Below the pieces are notes generated by a model. That model made no database searches. It had not been told where the DNA came from and saw nothing but the letters and a program-made list of their open reading frames with translations. From positions 2,784,001 through 2,848,000 of the forward strand of contig OY969474.1 in the NCBI GenBank assembly GCA_963700145.1: 64,000 nucleotides of DNA, read 5' to 3'. Positions 1 through 8,913 of the stretch are shown piece after piece. The position numbers and the translations under genes were made by a program. This stretch comes from an uncultured Acidobacteriota bacterium. GTDB taxonomy: Bacteria > Acidobacteriota > Thermoanaerobaculia > Multivoradales > UBA5704. How positions within the stretch are numbered: the first letter of the stretch is position 1; every line of letters starts with the position of its first letter.

Positions 1-1530
1 CAGGAAAAAGCCGTAGCCGCCGCCGGCGCGGCGCGCGGCGCGCAGGCCGCGCGCCACCAGCACGGCGTAGAGCGCGAAGACGGCGAGGAGGCCGAGGAAG
101 CCCAGCTCCTCGCCGATCGCCGCCAGGACGAAGTCGGTGTGCGCCGCCGGCACGCGCCCGGGCTCCCCCAGGCCCGGACCGGTGCCGGCGATGCCGCCGC
201 CGGCGAAGCTCCAGAGCGACTGCGCCAGGTGGTCGCCGCCGCGGAAGGGGTTGTCCCAGGGCGAGGTCCACATACCGATGCGGCCGGTGACGTTGCGCGG
301 GTAGCCGATCCGGTAGCCGACCCAGAAGCCCACGACGAGGACGGCGACGCCGACGACCGCCAGCGTGGCGCGGCCGCGCGCCACGGCGTAGAGGATCAGG
401 AAGAGGAGCGCCAGGATGAGCGCCGGCCCGAGGTCGCGCTGGAGGAAGAAGAAGAAGAGGACGATCGCGATGGCCAGGAGCGGCGGCAGCGCGTACTCGA
501 GCTTCGGCGGCGCCAGCCGGCGCGGCAGCCAGGCGAGCCCAGCGCGCCGCTCGCGCAGCTCGCGCAGGAACTCCCAGCGCTCGACGAAGTAGCCGGCCAG
601 GAAGAGGACGAAGAGGATCTTGATCAGCTCGACCGGCTGCACGCCGAAGAGGTTGACCTTGGCGTCGCTGCCCGCCGGGCCGCTGCCGAAGACGATGAGG
701 ATGAGCGAGACCCCGACCGCGGCGAAGAGCGGCGTGTAGGTGAGGCGCGCCAGGCGGGAGCGCTCGAAGTCCACCAGGCTCGCGGCGAGGAGCAGCGCCA
801 GGCCGGCGAGGATCCCCTGCGCCGAGGTGCGGAGGAGAGCCAGGTCGCGCAGCGGGTCGCGCACCGCGAGCATGACCATCAGGCCGAGGCCGGAGAGCAG
901 GAGCAGGAGCGGCAGGAGGAGGTCGTCGCCTTCGAAGCGGCGGCGGCGCCAGACGATGTGGACGATGGCGAAGCCGGCGAGGGCGGCGGCGACCCAGCGC
1001 CAGGTGATCCCCTTGAACTCCCGCGCCGTGCGCACCACGAGGCGCTCTTCGAGGGCGCGCAGCTCGTCGCTGGTCAGGAGCGGGATGGTCTGGTCCCCGC
1101 GCCGCGCCTCCAGCCGCGCGTTGAGGCCGGTCAAGCGCGAGTCGTCCTCGATCTCCGCCGCCGGCACGCGCAGCCGCCCCAGCTCGCCGACGTTGTCGAC
1201 GCGCCCGCGCGAGATCCGCTCCCAGATCTTCTGCGCGATGAAGGCGCGCTCGGGGCGGTCCCCCATCTCGCCGAGGACGCGGACGAGGTCCTCCGGCCGG
1301 CGGACGGCGTTGAGGTTGACGACCTCGCCGGCGGCGAGGCGGGCGTCGTCGGCGGCGACCGACCGGGCGGCCGCGAGATAGGCGAGCACGAGGCCGAAGA
1401 GGACGACGGCCGCCGAGGCGAGGAGGAGCGCGGCCTCGCGGTTGCGCACGCCACGGCGCGCGCCCGGGGCCAGGCCGGCGTCCGCGTCGCGCGCCCGCCG
1501 CTCGGCGGCGGTCGAGCGGGTCACCGGCAC
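1..1530 (-). CDS. FtsW/RodA (SEDS) family protein with long N-terminal extension; runs off the window edge
   Basis: Not in the ORF track. Manual translation from GTG at 1530 gives SEDS motifs QPVELIK, LQRDLGPAL and PAAHTDFVLAAIGEELG with many TM segments. Confidence 0.9.
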   Translation of the reverse strand, partial: MPVTRSTAAERRARDADAGLAPGARRGVRNREAALLLASAAVVLFGLVLAYLAAARSVAADDARLAAGEVVNLNAVRRPEDLVRVLGEMGDRPERAFIAQKIWERISRGRVDNVGELGRLRVPAAEIEDDSRLTGLNARLEARRGDQTIPLLTSDELRALEERLVVRTAREFKGITWRWVAAALAGFAIVHIVWRRRRFEGDDLLLPLLLLLSGLGLMVMLAVRDPLRDLALLRTSAQGILAGLALLLAASLVDFERSRLARLTYTPLFAAVGVSLILIVFGSGPAGSDAKVNLFGVQPVELIKILFVLFLAGYFVERWEFLRELRERRAGLAWLPRRLAPPKLEYALPPLLAIAIVLFFFFLQRDLGPALILALLFLILYAVARGRATLAVVGVAVLVVGFWVGYRIGYPRNVTGRIGMWTSPWDNPFRGGDHLAQSLWSFAGGGIAGTGPGLGEPGRVPAAHTDFVLAAIGEELGFLGLLAVFALYAVLVARGLRAARRAGGGYGFFL

Positions 1531-1564
1531 CGGCGCCCCCCCCGGCGGTCCGCTCCCGCCCGGC

Positions 1565-3511
1565 TCAGTAGCTGATCTCCAGCAAGCGGTCTTCGATCGC
1601 CTGGAGCTGCCGCTCGGCGCCGGCCAGGTTGCCGCGCACGTTGGCGTAGCCGCGGATCTGGTCGTAGAGGTCCACGGCCTGGAGGAGCTGCTCGCGCGCC
1701 TCCTCCAGCGCGTCCACCTCGCCCGGCTCGCCGCGCAGCGCCCCGGCGCGCGCCAGCAGCTCGGCGGCGCGCATGCGGTGGCCGTCGGCGAGCATCGCCC
1801 GCTCGCGCCGCCCCAGCCGGTAGCCGCGCTCGGCCAGCTCCTCGAGCGCGCCGCGCAGCTCGTCGAGGTCGAAGTCGAGGTAGGCGTAGACGCGGGCGAG
1901 GCCGAGCCAGGGGTCGGGCCAGTCGGGGTCGCGCCGCGCCGCGTCGCGGAAGCCGGAGACCGCCTCGCGCGTCTTGGTCAAGGCGTCGCGGCTCTTCCCC
2001 TGGTCGCGCAGCGCCTGCGCCTCGATGCGGTCGAGGTGGGCGCGCGCGTAGAGCATGCGGGCGCGGCTGCGGTTGTCGCTCCAGTCGAGCTCGACCGCGG
2101 CGCGCAGGTAGTCGTAGGCGCGCCGCCAGTCCCCTTCGCGCGTCGTCGGGTTGTCGCCGTGGTAGCTGGCGAGGATCGGCTCGGCGGCCACGACCAGGGC
2201 GTCGTGCAGCTCCTTGCGCGCGCCGCCGAGCGCCGGGCCGGCGAGGATCGACAGCCCGCCGATCTCGCGCACCCGGGTGGCCAGGGCCTGGAGGTCGGGC
2301 CGCGGGTTGTTCAGGAGCTCGCGGCGGATCTCCCGCGCCTCGCGCCAGACGTAGGCCTGGACGAAGCCGACGCCGGCCAGGGCGAGGAGGAGGATCGTGC
2401 GCAGCGTCCGCCGGCGGCGGCGCGGCGCGACGGGCGCGTCGCCGGCGGCCGGGGGCGGCGCGATGAGCAGCTCAGACTCAGACGTCGCAGCTGCTGCCAT
2501 CGCCGCGCCGGCGGCCGGCTCGGTGCGGCGGGTCGGCTCGGCAACCACCGCCGCCGCCGTCTCCTCCACGCGGTCGGTGCGCCGGGTCGCCCCCTCCACG
2601 ACCGGCTGCACCGTGCGGCGGGTCGCCTGCGGGTCGGGGACGGCGTCGGCGGCGAGCGGCCGTCCCTCGCGCAGCGCGTCGAGGTCGGCCTTCAAGTCGG
2701 ACGCCGTCTGGTAGCGCCCCGCCGGCGTGTACGCCAGCGCCTTGCCGAGGATCTGCTTGAGCCCGGGCGAGACCCCGGCCGGCAGCGGCCGCGGCGGGTC
2801 GCCGGCGCGGATGCGTCCCTCCAGCTCCTCGTCGCCGCCGGCGTAGGGCGGGTAGCCGGAGACCATCAGGTAGAGCACCACCGCCACCGCCCAGAGGTCG
2901 GACTGCGGATCGACCAGCCCCTTCTCCAGCCGCTCGGGCGGCGTGTAGGGAGGCGTGCCGAAGAGGTTGCGGGTGTAGCGGCGCTGCTGCGACAGGTGCT
3001 TGGCGATGCCGAAGTCGAGCACCCGCACCCGGTCGTCGCCCTGCAGGCGGATGTTCTCGGGCTTGATGTCGCCGTGGACGATGCCGTGCACCTCGCGGCC
3101 GTTGACCTCGGCGGTGTAGGCGTGGCACTGCTCGAGCATCTGGCAGAGCTGGTAGGCGATGTGGACGGCGCGCTCCTCCGACAGCGCCCCGTGCGCCAGG
3201 ACGCGCGCCAGGTCGCTCCCCTCGACGTACTCCATCGAGACGTAGAAGGCGCCCTCCAGCTCGCCGTACTCGTAGACCGCCGCCACCTGCGTCGCCACCT
3301 GCGCCAGCCGCGCCTGGATGCGGATGCCGGCCTGCTCGGCCTCCAGCATCTCGGCGTCGCTGGAGGGCCCGATCGGGATCACCTTGAGCGCCACGTTCGA
3401 GCCGCGCCGCGGGTCCCAGGCGAGGTAGACGTCGCCGTGGCCGCCGCGGCCGAGGAACTCCTTGATCTCGAACCGCCCGACCGTGCGCTGGAAGTTGAGG
3501 ACGCCGGCCAT
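1565..3511 (-). CDS. Hanks-type Ser/Thr protein kinase with TM helix and helical (TPR-like) C-terminal domain
   Basis: Motifs GRGGHG, VALK, HGDIKPEN, DFG, TPPYTPPE; TM segment ILLLALAGVGFVQAYVW. Confidence 0.95.
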   Translation of the reverse strand: MAGVLNFQRTVGRFEIKEFLGRGGHGDVYLAWDPRRGSNVALKVIPIGPSSDAEMLEAEQAGIRIQARLAQVATQVAAVYEYGELEGAFYVSMEYVEGSDLARVLAHGALSEERAVHIAYQLCQMLEQCHAYTAEVNGREVHGIVHGDIKPENIRLQGDDRVRVLDFGIAKHLSQQRRYTRNLFGTPPYTPPERLEKGLVDPQSDLWAVAVVLYLMVSGYPPYAGGDEELEGRIRAGDPPRPLPAGVSPGLKQILGKALAYTPAGRYQTASDLKADLDALREGRPLAADAVPDPQATRRTVQPVVEGATRRTDRVEETAAAVVAEPTRRTEPAAGAAMAAAATSESELLIAPPPAAGDAPVAPRRRRRTLRTILLLALAGVGFVQAYVWREAREIRRELLNNPRPDLQALATRVREIGGLSILAGPALGGARKELHDALVVAAEPILASYHGDNPTTREGDWRRAYDYLRAAVELDWSDNRSRARMLYARAHLDRIEAQALRDQGKSRDALTKTREAVSGFRDAARRDPDWPDPWLGLARVYAYLDFDLDELRGALEELAERGYRLGRRERAMLADGHRMRAAELLARAGALRGEPGEVDALEEAREQLLQAVDLYDQIRGYANVRGNLAGAERQLQAIEDRLLEISY

Positions 3512-3512
3512 C

Positions 3513-5195
3513 TCAGGGCTCCGGGGACGACGGCGGGGCCGGCGCGAGCGGCGCCGTCACCGCCGCGGCGCGGCGCGCGCCGCCGAAGGTGTTCCAGAGC
3601 CAGACCTCGTCGGCGTCCTCGGCGACGGCGAGGCGCACCTGCGGGGGACCGTTGCCTTCGATCCGGTTGCCCGAAAGGAGCGGCCGCCCCTCGCCGCGCA
3701 CCTCGACCCCCGGGCGCGGCGGCGGGCCGGCGCCGTTTCTGGCGATCAGGTTGTGGAGGAGCCGCGGCGCGGCGCCGCCGCGCACCAGGACGCCGGCGCC
3801 GGGGTTACCGTGCAGGTAGCTGTAGCGCACGGTCGAGCGGTCGCCGCCTTCGCTCTCGACCGCGGCGACGCCGGCGCCGGTGACCTCGACCTGCTCGACC
3901 GTGACGTCCGAGCCGGCGAGGCGGAGGCCGACCGCCAGCGGCGTCTCCGGCGCGCCGAGGATCTTGAAGCCGGCGAAGCGCGCGCCGCGCACGCCGAAGG
4001 CGGTCACCACCGGCGCCGGCCCCTCGCCCGCCGGCAGCAGCACGGCGCCGCGCGGCGCCAAGCTCACCAGGGCGACGCCGTCGCGCAGGCGGAGCGGCTC
4101 GCGGTAGAGGCCGGGGGCGACCTGCACCGTGTCGCCCGGCCGCGCGTCGGCGAGCGCGGCGCCGATCGTCTGGTAGTCGTCCTCGCCGGAGCCGACGCTC
4201 AGGATGTCCCCCGCGCCGCCACTGCCCCAGCCGAGGCCGCCGAAGCGCTGCGCGATCGCCCACGCCAGCCCCAGCCCCAGGGCGAGGCCGAGGAGCGTCC
4301 AGAGCAGCGCGCGGGCGCCGCGGCCGGAGAGCGCCCGCCGGACGCGGTCGAAGGCGCCGGGAGCGGCCTGCGCGCCGCCGCGCCGCGCGGTGTCCGCGCC
4401 GCGGCCCGCCGCCGCGCCCTTCCCCGCCGCACCGCTCTTGACGGCCTTGGCGAACCCCTCCCCCTCGACCAGCACGACCGACACGTTGTCGCGCCCCCCC
4501 GCCGCGTTCGCCGCCGCGACCAGCGCCTTGGTCGCCGCCGCCGGGTCGCCGGCGTGCTTCTCGACGATCGCCTGGATCTCGGCCCCCGGCACCAGGTCGG
4601 AGAGCCCGTCGCTGCAGAAGAGCAGCGCCGCGTCGCGCTCGAACGGCACCTCGAGGACCTCGATGAAATCGGCGTCGTCCGGCTGGTGCGGCGCCGAGCC
4701 GACGTCGCGGAAGATCTCGTTGCGCCGCGGGTGGCTCATCGCCTCGGCCTCGGAGAGCTCGCCCCGCTCCTCGCGCGCGCCGACCGGCGAGTGGTCGCTG
4801 GTGAGCTTCTCGAGGGCGCCGCGGCGGAGCCGGTAGAGGCGGCTGTCGCCGACGTGGCCGACCGTCGCCTGCCCGTCCTCGACCACCGCGACCGTGAGCA
4901 CGCACGACATGCCGCGCAGCCGCGGCTCGGCCTCGGCGCGCTCGAGGATCTGCCGGTTGGCGAGGGCGATCGCCTCGCGCACCCGGCGCGGCGGGTCGGT
5001 GGTGCGGCGGGACAGGCGGCCGCGCAGCACCTCCAGCGCCGTCTCGGCGGCGATCTCCCCGGCCGACTCGCCGCCGACGCCGTCGATCACCGCGAAGATG
5101 CCGCGCTCGGGGTCGCAGAGGACGCGGTCCTCGTTGTTGCCGCGCTCGCGCCCGGGATCGCTGAGCGCGGCGGCCGTCCAGTGGGTGGAGGCCAC
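3513..5195 (-). CDS. PP2C/Stp1-type phosphatase fused via a TM helix to a right-handed beta-helix domain
   Basis: Motifs NNED, DGVGG, HVGDSR, CSDGL, GGRDN; TM segment; pectin-lyase-like C-terminus (YQTIGAALADARPGDTVQVAPGLY). Confidence 0.93.
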   Translation of the reverse strand: MASTHWTAAALSDPGRERGNNEDRVLCDPERGIFAVIDGVGGESAGEIAAETALEVLRGRLSRRTTDPPRRVREAIALANRQILERAEAEPRLRGMSCVLTVAVVEDGQATVGHVGDSRLYRLRRGALEKLTSDHSPVGAREERGELSEAEAMSHPRRNEIFRDVGSAPHQPDDADFIEVLEVPFERDAALLFCSDGLSDLVPGAEIQAIVEKHAGDPAAATKALVAAANAAGGRDNVSVVLVEGEGFAKAVKSGAAGKGAAAGRGADTARRGGAQAAPGAFDRVRRALSGRGARALLWTLLGLALGLGLAWAIAQRFGGLGWGSGGAGDILSVGSGEDDYQTIGAALADARPGDTVQVAPGLYREPLRLRDGVALVSLAPRGAVLLPAGEGPAPVVTAFGVRGARFAGFKILGAPETPLAVGLRLAGSDVTVEQVEVTGAGVAAVESEGGDRSTVRYSYLHGNPGAGVLVRGGAAPRLLHNLIARNGAGPPPRPGVEVRGEGRPLLSGNRIEGNGPPQVRLAVAEDADEVWLWNTFGGARRAAAVTAPLAPAPPSSPEP

Positions 5196-5200
5196 GCCGG

Positions 5201-5296
5201 CTACTCCCGGTCGGCGGCGGCCAGCCAGACGAAGACGCCGGTCAGCACCAGGAGCGCGGCCAGGAAGACCAGGCGGGCGGTGTAGAGGTCGGTCAC
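5201..5296 (-). CDS. 31-aa single-TM small protein (MTDLYTARLVFLAALLVLTGVFVWLAAADRE)
   Basis: GTG start overlaps the FHA gene stop (GTGA); stop lies 5 nt before the PP2C start; GC3-rich codons; hydrophobic helix. Confidence 0.6.
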   Translation of the reverse strand: MTDLYTARLVFLAALLVLTGVFVWLAAADRE

Positions 5297-6153
5297 CGCG
5301 GCGCGATCCGCTCGAAGTCGAGGAACAGCACCCCGGCGAGGCCGATGCGGGCGCGCTCCGGCAGGTCGACCCACTGGTCGCGGTCGCGCACCTCGCCGTC
5401 CACCATCTCGACGCTCGCCGGCACGGCGACGCCGTTGACCGTGGTGCCGAGCTTCGAGAGGTCCTTGAGCCGGAAGGCGCCGCTCTCGGGGAGGCGGCGG
5501 ATGCGGGCGTGCTCGCGCGAGACGTCGGGGATGGTCTCGAGGCGGAGGTCCACCCAGACGTCCGGCGCGTCGCGGCCGATGACGATCTCGTCCTTGGTCA
5601 CCAGGAAGGTCTGCGGGCCGCCCTCGTCCTTGTAGGTGATGCGCGCGTAGGCGTCCGCGGTCTCGACCACCTGCCGCTCGGTGCTCATCCGCCCGCCGAG
5701 CCGGCGGGTGGTGGAGATGCGGTGCGTCGGGTTGCCGGAGCCGTACCCCGGCGCCGGGCGCTGCGCGAACTCCGAGACGACCTCGATCTCGCCGGGAGCG
5801 AGGCGGCCGTTGGGGTCCTCCTGGAAGCGCACCGTCCAGCGCCCCTCGGCGCTCACCACACGGCTCGCCGGCGCGGGGCCGGTGCGGAGGCCGACCGTCG
5901 AGAGCAGGCGCGCCACCGGCGGCAGGGCCTCGCGGTTGAGGAGAACGAGCTCCTGGTCGAGCAGGCGCTTGGCCTCGGACTCCATCTCGCCGAACAGCGT
6001 GCGCAGGTGGTCGTAGTCGCCGGCGTGGAGGTACACCTGGTAGAGGCTCGGCGCCACGGTCTTGGTGACCAGCGGCTCGAGGCTCTGCCGCATGTTCTCC
6101 CCGATGGCGACGACCACGTCGCGGGCGGTGGCGCGGTCCTGGTCCTGCGTCAT
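5293..6153 (-). CDS. FhaA-like protein (DUF3662-like N-terminus plus C-terminal FHA domain)
   Basis: FHA motifs IGR, VSREHA, DLSKLGTTVNG. Confidence 0.92.
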   Translation of the reverse strand: MTQDQDRATARDVVVAIGENMRQSLEPLVTKTVAPSLYQVYLHAGDYDHLRTLFGEMESEAKRLLDQELVLLNREALPPVARLLSTVGLRTGPAPASRVVSAEGRWTVRFQEDPNGRLAPGEIEVVSEFAQRPAPGYGSGNPTHRISTTRRLGGRMSTERQVVETADAYARITYKDEGGPQTFLVTKDEIVIGRDAPDVWVDLRLETIPDVSREHARIRRLPESGAFRLKDLSKLGTTVNGVAVPASVEMVDGEVRDRDQWVDLPERARIGLAGVLFLDFERIAPR

Positions 6154-6183
6154 CCCTTCCGCAGACCTCCAAAAAAGCCGCGG

Positions 6184-6420
6184 CTATCGTATGCGAACCC
6201 GCATGCGAGGACAGTGCCTGCTCAGGCAGGCGACCTTACGGGTAGCGGAGCCCATCAACGGGCTCCGCAACGGCGCGCCCGCGCCGGGCCAGGGCCGGAA
6301 CTCCAGCATCTGCGCGCCGCTGAACACGTTGTCCGCCGTCCCGTAGATCAGCACGAAGCCGACGAACACTCGCAGCAGCAACGGCGCGAGGTCGCGGTAG
6401 CGGTCGAGGGCAGAGAGCAT
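6184..6420 (-). pseudogene. Truncated DoxX-family gene
   Basis: MLSALDRYRDLAPLLLRVFVGFVLIYGTADNVFS resembles a DoxX N-terminus, then similarity is lost after ~40 codons. Confidence 0.55.
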
Positions 6421-6467
6421 GTGAGGAGGACGGATCAGTGAACCGAAAGTTTCTCCTGGAGCGGCCT

Positions 6468-7034
6468 GGAAAATCTCCCGACAGGCAGCGGAATGATTGG
6501 GAGAAGGCCGGAAAAGCTCTCCGCGCCGTCCCGAATGCGGACAGGGACGGCGGGAAGACTCCCGCTGCCCGGGGAAACAGGGCGGGACCTGCGGGAAATG
6601 CTCTGGAGGCGCGACGGAATTCTTCCTCTCTCCCGCGGAGCGCTCTGAGCTTCGCGGGGAGCGCGCCGGCGCTCTACGGGAGCTCGCCGGCTGTCGCACA
6701 GGGCGTTCTGACCGTGCGCAGGAGTTGGGAGCGGCCTGCGCGGAGTCGTCGGAGGGTCCGCCGGAGGCCGCGCCGGCTCGGCGGGCCGGCTCGTGCGGTC
6801 GGCCGGGGCCCGCGCCATCTCGCCTGGAATTGCGCCGCGGACCGCGAGAACGCTCCCGCGGCCGCCGGGAGCATTTCCTCGCCGCCGGGGAGCTTTCCCG
6901 GCCCGCCTGGGAACGCTCCCGGCCTCGCGGGAAGAATTACCGGGTCGTTCGGAAACGCTCCGGCCGAGCGCGGGAGCATTCCCCCACGCGCCGAGAGCTT
7001 TCCCGGCCGGGCCGGGAGACTTCTGCGAGCATCC
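6468..7034. repeat. Degenerate 21-bp tandem array, about 27 units
   Basis: Units keep a strict 21-nt phase from 6468, e.g. gggagcatttcctcgccgccg / gggagctttcccggcccgcct / gggaacgctcccggcctcgcg; loose consensus NGRARYNCTCC. Confidence 0.8.
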
Positions 7035-7110
7035 CGCCGAATTTCCGGGGCCGTTCTCCAGCGTGGCAGCCGGGTTGCACCTCTTCGCCCGCGAGAAAAG
7101 GAGATACCCC

Positions 7111-7671
7111 ATGCTCGACTGGCGAGAGGACGTAGACGCGGCGCTGGAGGAGGCGAAGCGGACCGACCGGCCCGTCCTGCTCGACTTCACCGCCGCCCCG
7201 CTCTGAAGCGGATGCGCTCGGCTGGAAGCCGAGGTGTATCCCGACCCGCGGGTCGAAGCGCTGATCCGCGACAACCTGGTCCCCATCCGCATCGACGTCC
7301 GCAAGAAGCCGGAGCTGATGGAGCGCTTCAACGCGCAGTGGACGCCGACCATCCTGCTCCTCGGCCCCGACGGCCGGGAGCACCACCGCATCGAAGGGTT
7401 CCTGGAGACCGGCGACTTCCTCGCCCACCTCCTGCTCGGCCTCGGCCACGTGGCGCGGGCGCGGGGGAAGTGGGACGACGCGATCGGGCGCTACGAGGAG
7501 ATCCTGGCGCGCCATCCGGACTCCGACGCGGCCCCCGCGGCCCAGTACTGGCGCGGCGTCGCGCGCTACAAGAAGACCGGCGACCCCGCCGAGCTCGGCG
7601 CCACGACCCAGGCCTTCAAGGAGCGCTACGCCGACACGCCCTGGGCGACGCGGGCGTCGGTCTGGGGGTGA
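7111..7671 (+). CDS. Thioredoxin-fold plus TPR protein, predicted selenoprotein (U32-S-G-C35)
   Basis: RBS AGGAG then ATG 7111; DFTAAPL-TGA-SGC-ARLEAEVYP continues in frame into ORF 7234..7671; cis-Pro motif WTPT; C-terminal TPR-like helices. Confidence 0.9.
7210..7241 (+). promoter_or_regulatory. Bacterial SECIS-like hairpin
   Basis: GGATGCG-CTCGGCT-[GGA]-AGCCGAG-G-TGTATCC; 17 nt lie between the TGA and the apical GG. Confidence 0.85.
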
Positions 7672-7695
7672 AGCTGCGGCTCGAGCCGTGCAGCT

Positions 7696-8742
7696 TCAGT
7701 CCTGGACACACCACACCGGGACAGCTGTCGAGCATTCCAGGAGGCTGCTCACCCAGGGCGTGATTGCAACGGCCGGGACTGTCCAATCGCTGCTTCCGAT
7801 CTGGGCGACTGGGCCATCGTGGTCGTCCGACGACGAGGTCCAGGCACCACAGTTCAGCAACGCGCTGTCGGAGGACCCTGTCCGCACCCAGCCGCCTGCG
7901 CTCGGGGGCCCAAGACCGGAGTCCCCGAGTGTGGACCCCAGCGCGGTGTTGTACCTGAGGTAGGTCACGTCGTGAATCTCCCACAGCGAGGCCATGTGAT
8001 ACCCGGGCGCGCAGGCGGTGAGTGTCTCGTCACCCTGAAACGCACTGCGCGTCAAGTAGAACTGTCGGGCTCCGACGCTCAGGAAGGCGCTCGTGCCGTC
8101 GGTGCACGAGATGGTGACCGAGGTCGAGCCGCCCTGGGCCACCGAGCAGGATGAGCCGGCGGGACCCTCCGGTCCCTCGGCGCCCTGAGGCCCGGGCGGA
8201 CCTGGTGCCCCCGGATCCCCGGGAGGGCCCTGTGCCGCCTCCGGCCCGGCAATGAAATAGCCCAGGGCGTCGATTCGTAGATGGGCTCCGCTCGCGGCCG
8301 TCTTGGCGTGGAAGTCCGACACGCAGGGTTCGGCGTCGCAAAGCTCGATCAGTACCGAGGAGTTGAGACTGGGGCCGCCCGCCCTGTAGTCCACGAGGAC
8401 GCTTCCCGGCTCGGGCTCGTCCGCCGGCCAGACCTTGAGCTGCCCGATGCCGGCCGCGTTGGCGACGCGCAGCGTCACGGCGAGAACCGCCGCCTCCTCC
8501 GAGATCCCGCAGCCGGCGGCGGAGCCGCCCTGCGCCGCCAGGCTCACCGCCCCACGGGCAAGCAAAGCCCGGGTCTCGTTGGCGCCCATCTTTCCCTCGG
8601 GAGATCCGGCAGTGCGCACCAGAACGCACGGGTCGACCGGCACGTAGATGAGGCCGTGAGGCGCAGCGGCCGACGCCGGCGCACGCGAGACCGATGCCGA
8701 GATCGCCAAGAGAACCGCCATGCACAGGGTTCGTCTGCTCAT
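7696..8742 (-). CDS. Secreted hypothetical protein with a short collagen-like Gly-X-Y stretch and Cys-containing C-terminal domain
   Basis: Signal peptide; GPPGDPGAPGPPGPQGAEGPEGPAG. Confidence 0.8.
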   Translation of the reverse strand: MSRRTLCMAVLLAISASVSRAPASAAAPHGLIYVPVDPCVLVRTAGSPEGKMGANETRALLARGAVSLAAQGGSAAGCGISEEAAVLAVTLRVANAAGIGQLKVWPADEPEPGSVLVDYRAGGPSLNSSVLIELCDAEPCVSDFHAKTAASGAHLRIDALGYFIAGPEAAQGPPGDPGAPGPPGPQGAEGPEGPAGSSCSVAQGGSTSVTISCTDGTSAFLSVGARQFYLTRSAFQGDETLTACAPGYHMASLWEIHDVTYLRYNTALGSTLGDSGLGPPSAGGWVRTGSSDSALLNCGAWTSSSDDHDGPVAQIGSSDWTVPAVAITPWVSSLLECSTAVPVWCVQD

Positions 8743-8767
8743 CGCCTGCCCTCCTTGCGCCGCAGCC

Positions 8768-8830
8768 TGCCGGCTCGGCGAGGCGATTCTCTCGCATCTG
8801 CTCGACCCGCAGACCCTGCGCTGGCAGCGC
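8768..8830 (+). pseudogene. Fragment homologous to the TetR gene at 11021-11083
   Basis: CRLGEAILSHLLDPQTLRWQR versus CRLGEAFLSHLLDPQTLRWQR; 56 of 63 nt identical. Confidence 0.85.
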
Positions 8831-8913
8831 AGGCGGCTCGCCGCCGCCGCAGGTGACGACGCGGACGTCAGTGTGGGAGTTGAGCTCCCTGCCTGCCCTC
8901 GGGCTAAGGCCGC

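Noticed and set aside
139-6441. Long plus-strand ORFs (139..1575, 1442..3883, 3462..5285, 4894..6441)
   Set aside because: Antisense shadows of GC3-rich minus-strand genes; Arg/Ala-rich with no motifs.
6468-7034. CRISPR array
   Set aside because: No identical repeats, no repeat-spacer alternation and no cas genes.
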